Shown in pieces: positions 11,736-25,739 of a stretch of 64,000 nt of DNA (within the stretch, counting starts at the first letter, position 1; each line of letters opens with the position of its first letter). The notes beneath the pieces are model-generated. The model ran no database searches. It was given only the letters and a program-made list of their open reading frames with translations, and was not told the origin of the DNA. The translations under genes were made by a program, and so were the position numbers. Source of the stretch: Camelus ferus (taxonomy: Eukaryota); NCBI RefSeq assembly GCF_009834535.1, contig NC_045696.1:107696001-107760000 (forward strand). Direction: 5' to 3'.

Positions 11736-11835
11736 CTCTCACGGCTGCAGGAAAGGGGTTGGCGAACTTCTCAATGTACTCCGCCCGAGTGGCCTCCACG
11801 TCCTCGTGCCCTTTGAAGATGATCTCCACGGCGCC
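11736..11835 (-). CDS. PCCB: PCCB exon 14
   Basis: [33 protein letters not shown](G); 100 nt; cag| ... |gtcggg. Confidence 0.95.
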
Positions 11836-12646
11836 CTGCCGGGAGGGGACGTAGTGAGCGACCCGGGGGCCATGCCCTGGGCAGGCCTCCCTCCGCTCAT
11901 CCTCACTGGGCGTGCTTCCCGTCCAGGTAAATCAGAGTGCACTGGAGAAAGCGACGCACCAGCTCCAGGTGGACACCGCCAGGGCCCAACCCCCGCACCC
12001 CGGGGGCTGTGATGGATGCTCAGCGGTGGCCGGCCGCAGGGACGGGCAGCCCAGGTTCTGTCCTACTCTCTCCAACTGCACTTATCCTTCCCTGAGCCCA
12101 AGATGTGCAGGCCTATTTCCCACTGTTAATCCATGGTCCCTTCATCCAGGGAAGCAAAATGCTGTTTCCCTTTTTCACTATCCTGAGCCCAAAGGACACA
12201 ATTCAGTGGCCAAATGTGGGCAGATTGAACTGCAAATGTAGAAAAATGGAGACTGAAAGATAAGCCTTTGTGTCAGAACCCCTAAACGTCAGCTTGGGGA
12301 GGGGGGCATCTGGAGTTACCTGGTTCAACCCCAACAGCTATTTCAAAGCAGGAAAGGAGTGGGGAGCAGGCCGCAACAGGAAGCACCCTACCCAAAGTCA
12401 CCGGGGTCAGGACTACATTTCGGCCTCTATGGGCTAAAAGCAGCAGCTCTGGGGCCCTCCCTGGGAGATGACCCAGCCCTCTCCCCTTTACTGACATCTC
12501 AAACCCACTCCAGGCTCCTCCCACCTGGGTATGAAGAGGGAAGGAGGCCCAGAGGGGCCTTGCCAAGGTCTAGACCCTTGGAGCCCTGGTCACCCCAGAG
12601 GCCCTGGCCACCCTCCAGCATTTCCCAGCTGTGCTTGGAGCTCCTA

Positions 12647-12784
<138 letters not shown>

Positions 12785-12968
12785 CTACAACAGATGCTGA
12801 ACGTCAGAGCCTGAGTCAACCAGACCACGTCACTTTCAGTCCCCAAGAAGCCACTGAAATGAGGACAAAGAGCAAGAGCAGCCCTCCCTGGCTCCTGGGC
12901 CCATGTCCGTGAGGCCACGCAGCCGGGGCAGACAACACGGGGCACAGCCCACAGGCCTGGCACAGTTA

Positions 12969-13523
<555 letters not shown>

Positions 13524-13527
13524 TTAC

Positions 13528-13635
13528 CAGGCAGAAAGCCAGGGACATCAACAAAAGTGATGAGGGGAATATTGAACGCATCGCAGAACCGGACAAAACG
13601 AGCCCCTTTCACAGATGAATTAATGTCCAAGCATC
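13528..13635 (-). CDS. PCCB: PCCB exon 11
   Basis: (G)[35 protein letters not shown](G); 108 nt; |gtaagt. Confidence 0.97.
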
Positions 13636-13999
13636 CTAGAAAGACAAAGACCGTCCAGGCTGAGCTTCCAGTCAATTGCAGTCCCACCCACACCAGGAAC
13701 GTGCCCTCAGCAGCCATGCAGAGCTTGTTTCAGAGGCATCAAAGTTTCCTCATCAGAGAGCGGTAAAGGGGCCACACTCCAGGAGAAACAGGGGAGACAG
13801 GAGAGCCCACCTGGCACTGGCCAGACGGCCCAGGAGTGGCCTCAGCCCTGAGGGCATGGGGTCTCCTGCTGGGAGCAGAGCCCAGAGCAGGGAGCCAGTC
13901 TCTGCCTTGTAAACAGACGGGCTGCTCCCACCTGACACACAGCTGGCCTCGTCCCTGGAGCCAGCAGTGGGAGGTATCATTCAGGGGCTGGTCTTAGTG

Positions 14000-14180
14000 T
14001 GCCAGCAGCTTTAAATCAGACTCTGGCTCCACCACTCACAGCTGTGAGCTGGGAAGTCACCTTTCTGAGCCTGAGAGTCCTCACCTGACAAGGACGGACG
14101 TTACCACCTCCTACCGCAGTTGTAAGGGTTAAAGGAGATGGTATCTACAAAGTGGCAATTACAAGAGCTCACTTACTAGT
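14000..14180 (+). mobile_element. MIR SINE remnant
   Basis: ctccaccactcacagctgtg...aagtcacctttctgagcct...ctcacctg resembles the MIR core. Confidence 0.5.
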
Positions 14181-14581
14181 AAATTCCCCTCCTGGAACAG
14201 TTTCCAGAGTTTGCCTGATACCAAACTGAGATGAGAGAAGAATGCAGACCAAAATCCCTCACGGACACAGATGCCCAAAGTCCTAAGCTATCACTGAATC
14301 AAATCCAGCAGTATATAAAAACACTGACGCACCATGACCAAGTGCAGTTTAACCCAAGAATTCAGGGCTTAACATGCAAAAAGCAATGAAGTTATTAAAT
14401 AAAGGAGAAAAATCATATGGTCACCTTAAAAAATATAAACATCTGAGAAAAACCCAATATTCATAATGAAAAACTGGAAGCATGACAGAACTTCCGTTAT
14501 CTGATAAAGAGTATCTATTAAAAAAAAACAAAACGATATACTCATGGATCAGAATAAATCAATCCCCAAACTGATCTACAA

Positions 14582-14781
14582 CAGTGCTGTCCGAAAGAAC
14601 CTTCTATGACTGATGGAAATGTTCTCTGGCTGTGCCATTCGACATGGGAGCCACATGTGGGGACTGAGCACTTGGAATATGACTAATAAGGGACTAAGTT
14701 TCTAATTGGATTTAATTTTAATTACTCACACTATTTTAATTATTTTAGATTTAAAGTTTAATAGCTAGCATACTGGACAGA
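14582..14781 (+). mobile_element. MER3/MER33-like hAT DNA transposon fossil
   Basis: cagtgctgtcc...gatggaaatgttctct...gccacatgtgg...gagcacttg...tggacag. Confidence 0.65.
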
Positions 14782-14956
14782 TCTGTATTTTCAAGCAATT
14801 TCTATCAAAACCATAGGGAATTCTTTTGTAGAAACTGACACACAGATTCTAAAATTCATATGGTAATACAAAGGAGACAGAATAGTCAAAACAATACTTT
14901 AAAAAAAAGGAGCAAAATCAGAAGGCTTGCACTAGCCGATTTGAAGACTCACAAAA

Positions 14957-15177
14957 GCGCGGTTTCTCAGTCTCGGCACTGCCAACATTTCAGACAGGAT
15001 AATTCTTTGTTGCGGGGAATTGACTTCTGCACGTAGGGTGCGCGGCCGCGTCCCGGGCCTCCACCCACCAGAGGCAGCAGCACGCCTTCCCCCCACCCCC
15101 ACCATGACAGCCAAAAATGTCTCCAGCATTCCCAAATGCTCCCCGGATGGTGAAACTGCCCCTGGTTGAGAACCACC
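14957..15177 (+). mobile_element. MER20 (hAT-Charlie) fossil
   Basis: gcggtttctcag...ggataattctttgttgcgggg...aaaaatgtctccag...cccctggttgagaaccac, with terminal inverted repeats. Confidence 0.8.
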
Positions 15178-18100
15178 AAGAACTATAAAGTTACAGTAAC
15201 CAAGACGATATGGGAGAGTTACAAAGGTAGGCAAAAACAACAAAACAGGACAAACTGTGAAGAAACAGACCCACACAACTGATTTTAGACCAGGCACCAA
15301 AACAGTTCATTGTGGGAAGCAAGTCTTTATAATAAATGACGATGGAACAATTAAATATTTGTATGGAAAAAAAGAAAGTAGACTCCAGTTTCAATCTATA
15401 ATCTACACACAGAAATTAACCCAAAATGGATCATAGATCTTAACCCAGAACTACAAAGCTCCTAAAAGAAATATAGAATTGTCCTTAAAACCCTGTAGTA
15501 GGCAAAGATTTCTTGGACACACAAAGTTTTAATCAGAAGTAAAAACACTGATAAATGGAACTTTACTAATTTTTTAAAATAATGTGAGTCAAAAGACACC
15601 ATTAATTAAATAAACAAGCCACAGACCAGAAAAAGATATTTAAAATACCTGTAACTGACAAAGGACTCACATCTAGAACATATAAAGAACCCTAGAAATC
15701 AAAAATAAAAAGATAAACTCAAAAAATAGTAACAGGCAAAACCTCCCTCTTGCCAAATGCATTTTCTGGAATAACAGAAGTGTTTTATACCTTGTTTTAG
15801 ATGGTGCTCACAGAGCTGTATACAATTGTCAAGTTGCCGGAAGCCATCCCAATGAGCACATAAAAGCTGTGATGTTATTGTGTGTAAATTACAACTCAAG
15901 AAAAATGTTTTAAATCTCCTCTCCTCCTTCTCTATTCAAATCTATGTTAATGACCTGAAATAACAAATGTAAGTGATGAGTATCAGGATGAAGACAATCC
16001 TAAAGGGAGAAAGCTCAAAATATACAGAGGCAAGAGTGAAAATTAACAGGAAGAAAAACACAAGCAGTGCAACCAAAACAGGACACAATCACTGAGGAAA
16101 TGAACACAGTCAGAAATGGGAAACCTATGGCCCCAAGCTTCCAAGAGCGGGCCCAGGTCCCAGGACTCGGCCTCATCATCTTGGGCCCTGGCCCCAGGCG
16201 TGTCGGAGCACCCAGCACCCAGAATGCCCGCTGGGCCCTGGTTACTTCCCTCAAGGAAGAAATGAGAACCAGACCAGAGGCCTCCTCCGTGAACCTCTGC
16301 AGCTGCCTTTTGGACACATCATAAACATCACAAAGAATTAATGAGCCAAGAAAGAGGGAAGCCAAGGACCCACCATGGAACCGAGTAGTCAGACTCCAGC
16401 CAAGTCTGGGGTGGCCCTGGGACAGACATTCTAGGTATTTGCAGATCAAGTTTCCAGAAGGAGCCAAGCGGTTTCTTAAAAAGTGAGCTCGTGAAAGCAC
16501 ACCAGAACTGCAGGGTGCCAGAACCTGCAGGTGTGGTCATGGGACAAGAAACATCTTTGAGCAGACACAGGAAATCATGTGAAGTCCACGCCAGGGGCAG
16601 ACGCTGCTAAGAGGAGGAACTAAAGAGATACGTGAACAGTTGAGAATTTACTGTAGGAACAAAATGCATTTTCAGTGTGTGTAAATTTCTAACTTAAACA
16701 CTTTCTCAAAACAACAAAATGGTGGAGTAGGCAGCACCATGCTTCTGTCCTCAAACAGAAACATCAAAAAGCAAGCAGAAACTGTCAGAACCAACTCTAT
16801 CAAAACTCTGGAACAGGCACAAGTTTACACCTAAGTAAAAGCTGGATCAAGAAAAAGGAACCTTAAAAGCTGAAGGAAAGCTTTGTGGTATTTTGAATTA
16901 CACTTGCCCCACACTCTCCCTGGCTCTAGAGGAAGCAAAGAAGACCTCAGTCACTAATCACCATGTTGGTCTGTTCTAACTTGTCTAGGGGCTACCTGAA
17001 AGATGGATGCGAGATCAAAGGTCTCTTCACCTAATTCAGAAATCACCTAGGCCAGAAAAGGGGCAAGCACTGCTCAAAAACACTGTAAGGCAAAAGAGCA
17101 ACCTATAGGCATCTGGGGCAAAAGGTTACAGCTGAGATCACCTGAGGCCTGGGAAGAAACAACCAGGAAGAAAGGGGATTTCTTGGAGGGGGTGGGGATG
17201 GAGGCAGGGGAACTAGGGCATTCCAGAGTACTCGGGCATACAAGGGACTTCAGGAAGACACAGGTATGGCTAGAGCCAGACACATGCTCTGAAAAGATCT
17301 GAGAGGGAGAAATTAGAAAATACCCTGAGATGAATAGAAATGAAAACGTAACATTACAAAAGACATGAGAAGGCCCTAGGCGCTAACCTTGGGTTGATCC
17401 CTAAATTCATTTTAAGTCTGGCTAAATGCTGAAGGAGAGCCCCGGTTCAGAGTCAGTTTGCAAAGACCAGGAGAGGTGTTTTCTTATTTGTCTGTTTTAG
17501 CACCTGGAGTTCGAGGTAATCTCTGTCAAAACACTAGCTGGAACCAAGCTAAGGAACAGAGACTTCAGTCACTATATACAGCAAGAAATACAGCCTCTGC
17601 AAAAATAGCTGGGAAAAGACATAGACAACTTGACTACTACAGCATTCAACAATCAACAAAACAACAAACTCTGGAAAAACGGGAGATTATGAGTCCCAGA
17701 GTTACTACATCGTAACATTCAAATGTTCAGTTTTCAACAAAAAAATAACAAATCATACAAACAAACAGGAAAGTATAGCCATTCAAATGAACAAAATAAA
17801 TTAAAAGAATCCATCCCTGAGGAAATGCAGATCACAAAATTACTAAACAAAGACTTTAAAACCACTGTCTTAAATCTCAAGGAGATAAAAACAGGAAGCA
17901 CTAAAAAATCAGGAAAACAATGTATGAGCAAAACAAGAACATCAATAGACAGAAATTACAAAAAGGAACAAAACAAATTCTGGGGCTGAAATGTGCAACA
18001 ACTGAAATGAAAAATTTGCTACAGAGGTTCAACAAGACTGGGGCAGCAGGAAGAAGGACCAAGAAACCTGGAGATAAGAAATTTTTAATTATTCAGTCTG

Positions 18101-20481
18101 AGGAGCAGGAAGAAATGAAAAAAATGAAGTGAACAGAGAATAAGGGACCTATGCATTACCATCAACTGAACCAACCTACACAGCAAGGCAGCACCCGAAG
18201 GAGAGAGAAAGGGCAGAGAGATTACTTGAAGAAATAATGTCCAAAAATTTCTCAAATTTGGCACAAGACGTAAAGCTACAAATCCAAGAAACTATAACTC
18301 CTAGTAGGACAAACTCACAACCCACACTGAGACACATTACAGTCAAATTATCAAAAGACAAAGAGAATCTGGAAAGTAGCAAGAGAGACGTGACTCATCC
18401 ACACACAAAGGACCTTCAGTAAGATTACCAGTTGATTTCTTAGCAGAAACCCTGGAAGGCAGAAGACAATGGAATACATATTTAAAGTGTTTAAAGAATA
18501 AAACCGTCAACCAAAAACTCTCTACTTCACAAACTGTCCTTCCAAAATGAGGGAAAAATTAAGACATTCCTAAATAAACAAAAGCTGAGGAGTTCATTAC
18601 CAGTAGGCCCAACCTACAAGAAATGGTAAAGGGAGTCCCAACAGGTTGAAATGAAAGAATACTAGACAGTGTCACAAAACTGTATGAAGAAATGAAGATC
18701 TCCAGAAGAGATAGTTACATGGGGAAATATAAAAGACAGTATTATTATATTTTTTGTTTGTAACACGAAATTGTGTGGGTTTTTTTAATTTCTTACATGA
18801 TTTAAAAAACAAATGCAGCCCAGAAAGGTTCACTGAATTCTACAAAACATCTGAAATCGAAATTACATCAGTTCTCTGTAATCTCTTCCAGGAGACAGAA
18901 TCAGAGGAAATACTTCCTAACTCGCTCTAGGAGGCCATCATCACCCTAATATGAAAACTAGACAAAAGCATTACAAGGGAAGAAAACCACAGACCAATGT
19001 CTCTCACAAACAGATGCAAGAATCCTCAACAAAATATTCAGCAAATCAAATCCAACAACATACCAAAATACACTACCTTCCCAGTGGAATTTATCTCAAG
19101 TATGAAAATTGATTCAATATTTGAAAAACAATTCACATGATCCATTAATTCAATAGGTTAAAGAAGAAAAATCACATGAACCTATCAATAGACACAGAAA
19201 AGCATTCACAAAATCCAGTATCTACTCATGATAAAACTGAGCAAATGAGAAACACAGGGGAACTTTCTCAACTTGATAAACATCTACAAAAACCTACAGC
19301 TAACAACATCATACCTAATGGTGAAAAACTAGAAGTTTTCCACTTAAGATCAGGTATAAGGCAAGAACAGTGCCCTCTCGCCACTCCTTTTCAAAATTGT
19401 ACTGGAAGTCCTAGCTAATACGGTAAAACAAGAAAAGATAGAATTTTGATTGGGAATGAAGAAATCTAACTGTCTTTGTTCACAGATAACATGACTGTAT
19501 ATATAAAAAGTCCTAAAGAACTAACAAAAACACAGCTGAAACTAATGAACAATTACAGCAAGGCTGCAGGATACGAAGTGAACTTACTGAAGTCAATCAC
19601 TTTCCTATATACCAGCAATGAATTGAAACTAACACAATGCAAGTTACATCAGCACACTCCCCCACAAAAAGAAATATGTAAGCATAAATATAACAAAATA
19701 CAAGATCTGTATGAGGAAAACTACAAAACTCAGATGAACAAAATGAAGAAAGCTAAATAAGTGGAGAATTATTCCATGTTCATGGATAGAAAGACTCAAT
19801 ATTGTCAAAAGGTCAGTTCTTTCCAACCTGATCTACAGATTTAATGTACTTCCAATCAAAATCCAAATAAGTTATTCTGTGGATACTGACAAACTGATTC
19901 TAAAGTTTATGGAGAGGCAAAAGAACCAGACTAGCCAACACAATACTGAAGAAGAAAAAACTTGGAGGATTGATAATACCCAACTGCAAGACATATAATA
20001 AATCTGCAGTAATCAAGACAATATTGGTGAAATAAACCAATAGAACATAATAGAGAGCCCAGAAATAGACCTCCATAAATATAATCAACTGATCTTTGAC
20101 AAAGGAGCAAAAGTAATACAATGGAAGAAAGTCATTTCAACAAATGTGCTGTAACAACTGGACATTCATATGCAAAAAACCTGATGTAGACCCAGACATT
20201 ATACCTTTCACAAAAATTAACTCAAAATGCATCCACAGACTTAATATAAAACACAAAACTATAAAACTCCTGGAAGATAACATAGGAGAAAACCTAAGTG
20301 ACTCTGGCATGATCCATGAGAGAAATACTTGGCTAGCTGGACTTGATTAAAGTTAAGAACTTCTACTCTGTGAAAGACATATAGAAAGTGAGAAGACAAA
20401 CAAAAACTAGGAGAAAATATTTGCAAAATACACATCTGATAAAGGACTGCTATCTCACACATACAAAGAACTCTTAAAACT

Positions 20482-20993
20482 TGTGAAAGAATTTCAATCT
20501 AAAATAGAACTGGTGGATATAAAGGAGAATCTCACATGTGCCCTCAGAAAGACAAAACTTAAAGACTAAGAAAGTGATTTCCCTTAAATGCCTGATTTAC
20601 AGAAAACTGATAATGCTGAAATTTTCTCAGATGGGGGATTGATCAGGAGATGTCTCATATCAACCTTGGGAAGTTTCATGAACGGGAGATGACCCAGGTC
20701 GAGTTGGTCTCATAAAGTGGGCTGAACTGAGCTTCGTTTATGTGACTGGACTAGTTTTGCCTGCTCAGGAAGCTTTCAAGGACTGGTCTCTATTTGTTTT
20801 TTATTTTAACTGACTCTAACTGCACTCTCCCTTCTTAACATTTCCTGTCCATAAATACAACCTGCCCCAAACCCTCAACACTCTCACTGGTGGCCTGCTA
20901 CAATTTGCTTGTTCTGAACTGCAGTTCCTTCTGCTGTTCTTGAGTAAACTCGTATTTTTGAGATTGCCTCCATCTGCCTTTCTATTTAGGTCA
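20482..20993 (+). mobile_element. Solo ERV LTR (ERV1-like) inserted in L1
   Basis: TG...CA ends with 4-bp TSD AACT (20478-20481 and 20994-20997). The host L1 resumes seamlessly. AGTAAA near the 3' end. Confidence 0.85.
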
Positions 20994-21019
20994 AACTCAA
21001 CAAGAAGAAAGCAACCCAA

Positions 21020-21171
21020 GGGGGGAAGGTATAGCTCGGTGGTAGAGTATGTGCTTAGCGTGCACAAGGTCCTGGGTTCAATCCCCAGTACCTCCATTAA
21101 ATAAATAAATAAACCAATAAACCAAATTACCTCCCCCACCTCAAAGAAAAAAACAAAAACAAAAATAAAAA
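21020..21171 (+). mobile_element. tRNA-Ala-derived SINE (Vic-1-like)
   Basis: A/B boxes, A-rich tail, TSD aagaaa(g/a)caacccaa at 21005-21019 and 21172-21186. Confidence 0.9.
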
Positions 21172-21603
21172 AAGAAAACAACCCAAATAAAAAAATGGGC
21201 AAAAGACCTAAACAGATACCTCACCAAAGAAAACACAGACATGGCAAATAAGCATGCTCCACATCATATCATCAGGGAAATGCAAATTAAAACAAGATAC
21301 CACTCCATACCTATCAGAACAGCCAAAATTCAGGAACACTGACAACACCAAAAGCTGACAAGGATGTGGAACACCAGGAACTCTCATCTACTGCTGGTGG
21401 GAATGCAAATTAGTACAACCACTCTGGAAGACAGTTTGGTAGTTTCTTACAAACTAAACATATTCTTACGATTCGAGCCAGCAATCACACTCCTCCGTGT
21501 TTACCTAAATGAGTTGAAAACTTATGTCCACACGAAAACTTGCACAAGAACGTTTTTGGCAGCTCTTTTTGTAGCTGCCAAAACTCAAAAGTAGCCAAGA
21601 TGT

Positions 21604-22156
21604 GGCAATTATAAATAATGGTGCTGTTAAGAAAAAAAATCTATTTCATTTTATTTAGATACCGTATTTCCAAAGCTTTTAGATGAGCTCTTATGTCCTT
21701 TGAGTCTTTCTCAAAAATTATTACATTATCTCTAACAGGTATTTTTTCAGTAATCCTACGTTAATAATCTGCTGATATGATTTCTAAACGATAATAATAT
21801 ATCACTACCTTAAATGCATTATTGCTTCCTCATGTTTTCACTTAGTATCTTAGCTGATCACAACATGTGCAATAATTTCAAGAGCTATTATTGCTTTACA
21901 CTTGTTCCTGGTTAAATGGAAACGTGTCCTTTTGTATCCATAATAATTGTGAATGATTCCTTCTTCAAAATACATTCATCTTCTTCTTGGATAAACTTTC
22001 TTGTAGGATTATGGGGTAGTCAGTGTACCTCCATCTTATTTAAATATTCATTCACTGGTAATATTGGCCTATGAAATAAAACTACAGGCATACTTAGGAG
22101 ATACTGCAAATTCAATTCAAGAGCACCCCAATAAACCAAGTATCACAATAAAAAAA
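21604..22156 (+). pseudogene. Retrotransposed RNA fragment (retrocopy or orphan transduction) ending in a Tigger1 5' piece
   Basis: Perfect 17-bp TSD aaaagtagccaagatgt, AATAAA at 22130-22135, and a poly(A) remnant. Confidence 0.8.
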
Positions 22157-22699
22157 AAAAGTAGCCAAGATGTCCTTCAGTAGCTGAATAGATAAATGAA
22201 CTGTGGTATATCCAGACAATTTAATCTTAACGCTAAAAAGAAATGAGCTATCAAGCCATGAAACAGCGTGGAAGAAACCTGAAATCACAGAGTATATAAC
22301 CTTTTCAGACCAGTGTCTTCCCTGTTACTAAGTGGAAGAAGATGATCTGGAAAGGCTACATACTCTGTGATTCCAGCTATATGACATTCTGGAAAAGGAG
22401 AACTATGGTAACAGTAAACAGACGAGTGGTTGCCAGGGGTCACCAGGTTATCAATGTTAGGGGGAGGGGAGTGATGAATAGGAGGAGCACAGGAGTTTTA
22501 GGGCAAGTGAAATCACTCTGTATGATGCTGCAAATGGCAGGTAACAAATGTACCACTCTGGTTCAGAATACTGATAACAGGATAAGCTGTGCATGTATGA
22601 AAACAGGATATGTATGGGAACTCTCTGTAGTCTCCTCTCAATTTTACTGTGAACCTAAAAGAGGTCTAAAAAATGAAGGTTTGTTTTTTTTTTTAAAGA

Positions 22700-24680
22700 A
22701 AAATTATACACCATGACCAAATGGGACATACCCCAGGAATGCAAAAGTGGTTCAATATACATATAACATGATCCTATAAATAGAAAACCCCAGAGAATCC
22801 ACAAGAAAGCTACTAAAGCTAATGAATTCAGCAAAGCTGCAGGTTACAAGATCAGCAAACAAAAAGCAGTTGCATAGCTGTCTTTCTATACACCAATAAT
22901 GAACAAGCCAAAAAGTCAATTGAGAAAGGAATTCCATTTACAACAGCATCCAAAAGAATAAAACACTTAAGAGTAAATTTAACCAAAAGGTTAAAAACTT
23001 GTGCAGCAAAAACTACAAAACACTGTTGAAGAAATAAAAGACCAAAATAAATGGAAAGACATTCTGTGTTCATAAACTTAACATTGTTAAGATGTCAGTA
23101 CTATATGAAGTGATCAACAGATTCAATGCAATCCCGATCAAAATTCCAACAACCTTTTTTGCAGAAATGGAAAAGCCAATAGTCAAATTCAGACAGAATT
23201 GCAAGGGGCCCCAAAAAGCCAAAATAATCTTGGGAAACAACAACAACATGAAAAGACTAAAGTACAAACCTAAAGTAATCAAAACAGTGTGGTAGTAGCA
23301 TATGGAGACACGTAGACCAAAGGAACAGTACTGAGAATCCAGAAATAAACACATATATCTGTAGCCCATTGATTTTTGACAAAAAGGCGAGGTATATTCA
23401 ATAAGAAAAAAATGGTCTATTCAACAAATGGTGCTGGGATAATTTCTATATGCAAAAGAAAGATACTGGACCCCTAACTCACACCATATATAAAAACTAC
23501 TCAAAATTGATCAAAGCTAAATGTAAAAGCTGAAAGCATAAAACTCCTAAAAGAAAACACAGGGGGAAACCTTCATGACATTGGATTTGGGAATAAGTTC
23601 TTAGATATGACTACAAAAGCATAAGCAACCAAAAAAAAAAGAGAGAGAGAGAGTATTAAACTTCACAAAATGTTAAAACTTATGTGTGTCAAACGACATT
23701 ATCAAGAAAGTGAAAATACAACCTACAGAACAGAAGAAAATATTTGCAAATCATTTATTCTGATAAAGGTTTAATATCCAAAATATACAAAGAACTCCTA
23801 CAATTCAACAACAACAACAACAAAAAACTTCAAGTAATTAAAAATGAGCAAAGGATTTGAATAGATATTTCTCCAGAGATATGCAAATGGCCAGTAAACA
23901 CAAGAAAAGATGCTCAATATCCTTAATCATTAGGGAAATATAAATGAAAACTACAATGAAAAAATACTTCAGACCCACTAGGGTTGGCTATTATCAAAAT
24001 ATACCAGAAAATAACAAGCGTTGACGAGAGTATGAAGAAACTGGAACCCTTGTGAACTGCTAGTGAAAATGTAAAATGGTGCAACCACTGTGGAAAAGTG
24101 TGATATTTCCTTTAAAAAGTAAATCTAAAATTACCATATGACTCAGTAATTCCACAATTCAGGTATACACCCAAAAGAACTGGAGAGAGGGATTCAACCA
24201 GATACTTGTACACCATGTTCATTGTCACATTATTTGCAATATCCAACAACTCAAGTATCCATCAACAGTCAAATGATTAAACAAAATGTAGGATATACAT
24301 GTAATGGAATATTACTCAGACATGAAAAATCAAAATAAGGTTCTGATATATGCTACAATACAAATGAACCTTGAAAACATTATGCTAAGTGAAACACACT
24401 AGACACAAAAGAACAAATATTATTTGACTCCACTTATATGGCATATATAGAATAGGTAAATTCACAGAAACAGAGAGTAGATTAAGATTACCCAGTGCTG
24501 GGGTTAGGATGAAAGGGAGTCTCTATTTGGGATTTGAAAAAATTTTGGAGACTGCAGTGGTAATGGCTACATACATTATGAATGTAACCAACACCACCAC
24601 ATTGCATATTTAAAAATGGTTAAAATGGCAAATTTTATGTTAAACGTATTTCACCACAATAAAAAACATCTTTAAAAACC
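22700..24680 (+). mobile_element. Degenerate L1 (L1MB-like) ORF2 3' half plus 3'UTR
   Basis: ORF2 remnants (INRFNAIPIKIP) and a typical L1M 3' end with A-rich tail. Confidence 0.85.
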
Positions 24681-25347
24681 TTCTTCTAAAGACAAGAAAA
24701 AACTGCCATAGCAGAAATAAAAGATGAAGTTGGGTCAAAAAGGGAGGATGTATTCATCCCACACAGGGATTCAAAGGAAACCAAAACCAAAGAAAGGAAA
24801 ATAGTAAGGAGGGAAGCAGTATCCAGAGCCCCCAACCCCACCCAGAGCACAGCCATGGAAGAGTCCCCACTGCCCGGCCGTGACCAGGTCTGGCCACATC
24901 ACCAGAAAGCTGTGAGGCACAGACACAGCAAGATGCTGTTAACTCGTCACGTACCAACTAGGTACCTGGCACGACTGAAGGCACCAGGGATAAAACTAAG
25001 TAAGACACCAACACCCCTGGCCTCATGGAGCTCAGTTTAGTGGGTGAGTTATAATCTAATTAGGGGGACAGAAAGCAGACCTCTGAAGAAGTAAAGACCT
25101 TGTAAGTTGAGGAACAGGGTTATCTATAAACTCAAAAAATTAGGGAAGTATGAAAGAAGCATTTTGAGATGCTTGTTAATTCTGAGAAGTTAAGAGAGAA
25201 AGGAGCTTTTGCAGCAACACCTATCTGAGTTTTTCCTCTGGCTACGGATGGCAGAAGATGAGCACCGTGGGCCCAGGCAGCCCCGGCCCCCAACAGCACC
25301 ACCACTGCCCCCCAACCCTAAGGTCCAGGAGAGCTTCTCCCTCCTAC

Positions 25348-25471
25348 CTGAAGCCACCTTAGGCTGGTTGCCAACAATTCCAACAGTCCTCCCGTTCATT
25401 CTCGCAAAACCAACGACGATGTTCTTGGCATAATTGGGCATGATCTCAAAAAACTCTCGCTCATCGATCAC
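25348..25471 (-). CDS. PCCB: PCCB exon 10
   Basis: [41 protein letters not shown](G); 124 nt. Confidence 0.97.
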
Positions 25472-25739
25472 CTGCAGGGATAAATTTACTCCTGAGCTCA
25501 AAATGATAAACAAGAGACAACTATGTTACAGAATTATAGACGTTTACGCTACAGGATTACAGACATTTACACTGCAGAATTACAGGCTGGAGGACTCCCT
25601 CCCCACCTACAGGTTCTTCAAGGAAGCAGGACACCAGGCAGAGGCAACACCCCCTCTCACACGCTGCTGGGGGAGGAATAAGCCAGTGCAACCTCTTTTA
25701 AAGGTTCTATTTGAATTTGGCATATTTATTACACTTTTT

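Larger units (their letters stand above)
14200..15910 (+). mobile_element. Degenerate old L1 ORF2/3' fragments, interrupted by MER3 and MER20
   Basis: ORF2-like stretches (caccatgaccaagtg; attctaaaattcatatgg; cacaactgattttagac). Confidence 0.7.
16720..22690 (+). mobile_element. Large degenerate L1 (L1MC-like; 5'UTR, ORF1 and ORF2 remnants, 3'UTR) with nested insertions
   Basis: ORF1 remnants at about 17800-18650, ORF2 remnants from about 18820, L1MC-like 3' end to about 22680. Confidence 0.8.
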
